This document shows positions 61,983 to 64,000 of a stretch of 64,000 nucleotides of DNA, piece by piece. Under the pieces are notes generated by a model. The model saw only the letters and a program-made list of their open reading frames with translations. It did not search any database and was not told the origin of the DNA. Source of the stretch: Octopus vulgaris (taxonomy: Eukaryota); NCBI GenBank assembly GCA_951406725.2, contig OX597815.1:188108001-188172000 (forward strand), read 5' to 3'. Each line of letters starts with the position of its first letter. Position 1 is the stretch's first letter. Both the position numbers and the translations under genes were made by a program.

Positions 61983-62250
61983 CATGGTTCAAGCAAGATG
62001 GGGCAACTGCTCGTGCCATAAGAGAGACAATGCAATTGCTATGGCAGTGCTTTGGAGAGAGAATAATCTCCCACTACTGCAATGTCAACTGGCCTTAATT
62101 TTCCCCAGACTTGAAGTGGGGTCTGAAACTCTTGAGGGTTTTATGGTGCAAGTTTCGGAAAGAGCATGGGTATGCAAAGCCGAAAATGGCTGCCATTTAA
62201 GCGATGTCATTTTTCATATGTGATGTAGTGGTGTGCAAAACTTGCATTAC
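61983..62250 (+). mobile_element. second copy of the same Tc1/mariner family in opposite orientation, internally deleted
   Basis: WFKQDGATA...VNWP*FSPDL then SETLEGFMVQVSERAWVCKAENGCHLSDVIFHM*. Confidence 0.85.
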
Positions 62251-62269
62251 TCTGACGAGGTCTGCCATC

Positions 62270-62900
62270 TATATATATTCAATTTGGCATTGTCCGCGAT
62301 AGCTGAGTTCTGGCGGATCAGGTATTTGGAGGCCATAAGTTTGGCATAGTGTGAATGGAAGATTTGGGCTCTATTATTCACAGTTTACAGTCAGAGTTTT
62401 GCATCTAGTACTGGTAGTTTATGGTTAGGGTTTTTCATAGGGTAGTCTATCATGACCTTAATACTCTGGTGGATGGAGTTAGCTATTTTCTGGAAGATCT
62501 CCGTAGTATTAGTTTCTATTTCTATTTCAAGGGTACTCTCTTGTGAGGGTGCCTTTACCACTATGTCGATATCATCGACATAGTGAGAGTACATGTTCAC
62601 GAGTATGGAGTACTGTGTCAGGCATCCTTTAAGCCTCCTGTCCCACCATACCATGAAACGGTTGGACACATCACCGTTGATGCTAACCCTGATGGCCGCC
62701 CCTTATCCTATATATTTTGTTGTTAAACTTAAACGTGTGGCCTTTTAGGGTAACTCTTATACTAGTTCCTAGTGCATGTGCAATCATTTTCTTTACTTGA
62801 TATTGGTTTTCAGGGGTCCGTATGGCTCTGGTCCATCTGCTCCATCTCTCTATAGGGATCTTCCTAGCCATAGATGGAATTGCAGGGGTCTACCTCTTTA
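62270..62900 (-). pseudogene. Penelope-like reverse transcriptase relic
   Basis: HTFKFNNKIY, GAAIRVSINGDVSNRFMVWWDR, YVDD (62571-62582), ANSIHQSIKVMIDYP...KLPVLD and YAKLMASK. Confidence 0.8.
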
Positions 62901-63107
62901 AACATCTACTGGCCAAAATACAATTAATATAAAATAAGGCTGAAGCAAGTGAACACTAAATATATAGTGTGTGTGTGTTTTCATTGGCTAAATTGGCTAA
63001 ATTAGTAACATGACCATTCCCAAATACAACAATATCTGTTTCAACACACAAATTCACATCAAGAATCTTGCAAAATGAATATGCGTGTGTGTGTGTGTGT
63101 GTATGAC

Positions 63108-63690
63108 AGAGTGTGAGGAACTTGAGAGATGGGTATATGAGGTATCAGATGTTGTATGAAAGAGAGAAGACTGTGCTGGTATGGTCATGTAATGCATATA
63201 AATGAAGACAGTTGCATCAAGAGGTGCTGATCGCTAATTGCAAATGGAACATGTGGAAGGAGTAGACCCAAGTAGATGTGGGACGAAGTGGTGAGAAAGG
63301 CTCTACTGATTTTGGGACTTACAGAGGGGATGACAGAGGACTGAGACCCCTGGTAATTTGCTGTGCTTGAAAAGATAAAGAAAAGGATGATTTGTTCCTT
63401 GCTTCCTCTCCAGCTGAGTATTCCTAATCTTCTGGGATTACGGGTGCTGATGCTATGTAAAAAACACCTGTACTGGCACCATGTAAACACACCTGTGCCA
63501 GTGCTGCATAAGAGCACCCAGTACACTCTGTAAGGTGGTTGGTGTGAGGTAGGACATCCAATCATAGAGACATGCCAAAACAGACATGGAACCTGAGCAG
63601 CTCTTCAGCTGGCCAGCTCCTGTCAAACCGTCCAACCCATACCAGCATGGAAAACAGATGTTAAATGATGATGATGATGATGATGATATA
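63108..63690 (+). mobile_element. diverged RTE LINE 3' end
   Basis: ERRLCWYGHVMHINEDSCIKRC; (GAT)n tail. Confidence 0.8.
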
Positions 63691-63699
63691 AATATATGT

Positions 63700-63863
63700 A
63701 GGTGCAGGAGTGGCTGTATGGTAAGTAGCTTGCTTACGAACCACATGGTTCCGGGTTCAATCTCGCTGCATGGTACCTTGGGCAAGTGTCTTCTACTATA
63801 GCACCGGGCTGACCAAAGCCTTGTGAGTGGATTTGGTAGACGGAAACTGAAAGAAGCCCGTTG

Positions 63864-63909
<46 letters not shown>

Positions 63910-64000
63910 TGTGTGTCTGTGTTTGTCCCCCCAACATCGCTTGACAACCGATGCTGATGTGTTTACATCCCCGTAACTTAGCGGTTCGGCAAAAGAGACG
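63700..64000 (+). mobile_element. S1 SINE running off the window end
   Basis: Family match. Confidence 0.9.

Overview
AT-rich eukaryotic DNA with no recognisable intact host gene. It is probably a large intron or intergenic stretch of an Octopus (coleoid cephalopod) genome; this is inferred from the SINE, RTE and microsatellite repertoire and has not been checked against a database. Dispersed repeats dominate. There are several tRNA-headed SINE families (working names S1-S4), RTE LINE 3' ends, and decayed L2/CR1-group, Tx1 and R4/Dong-like LINEs. DNA-transposon relics include Tc1/mariner, pogo, hAT, TTAA-type and 9-bp-TSD MITEs and Helentron-type non-autonomous elements. Penelope-like element (PLE) relics and many microsatellites are also present. 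Almost all ORFs in the supplied track are microsatellite or repeat artefacts. Main highlights: (1) several unrelated hammerhead-ribozyme (HHR) motifs tied to PLE termini, including a complete HHR inside a 400-bp near-perfect palindrome (46673-47072); (2) a Penelope GIY-YIG relic whose downstream terminal repeat begins with a tRNA-like Pol III promoter and ends in an HHR (1121-1850); (3) two putative LINE-SINE partnerships readable from shared 3' tails; (4) a deep nested-insertion stack inside a hAT transposase relic (55.8-59.0 kb); (5) a (TAA)n landing pad carrying R4/Dong-like RLE elements. Repeat boundaries were read by eye and are approximate unless TSD or TIR coordinates are given.
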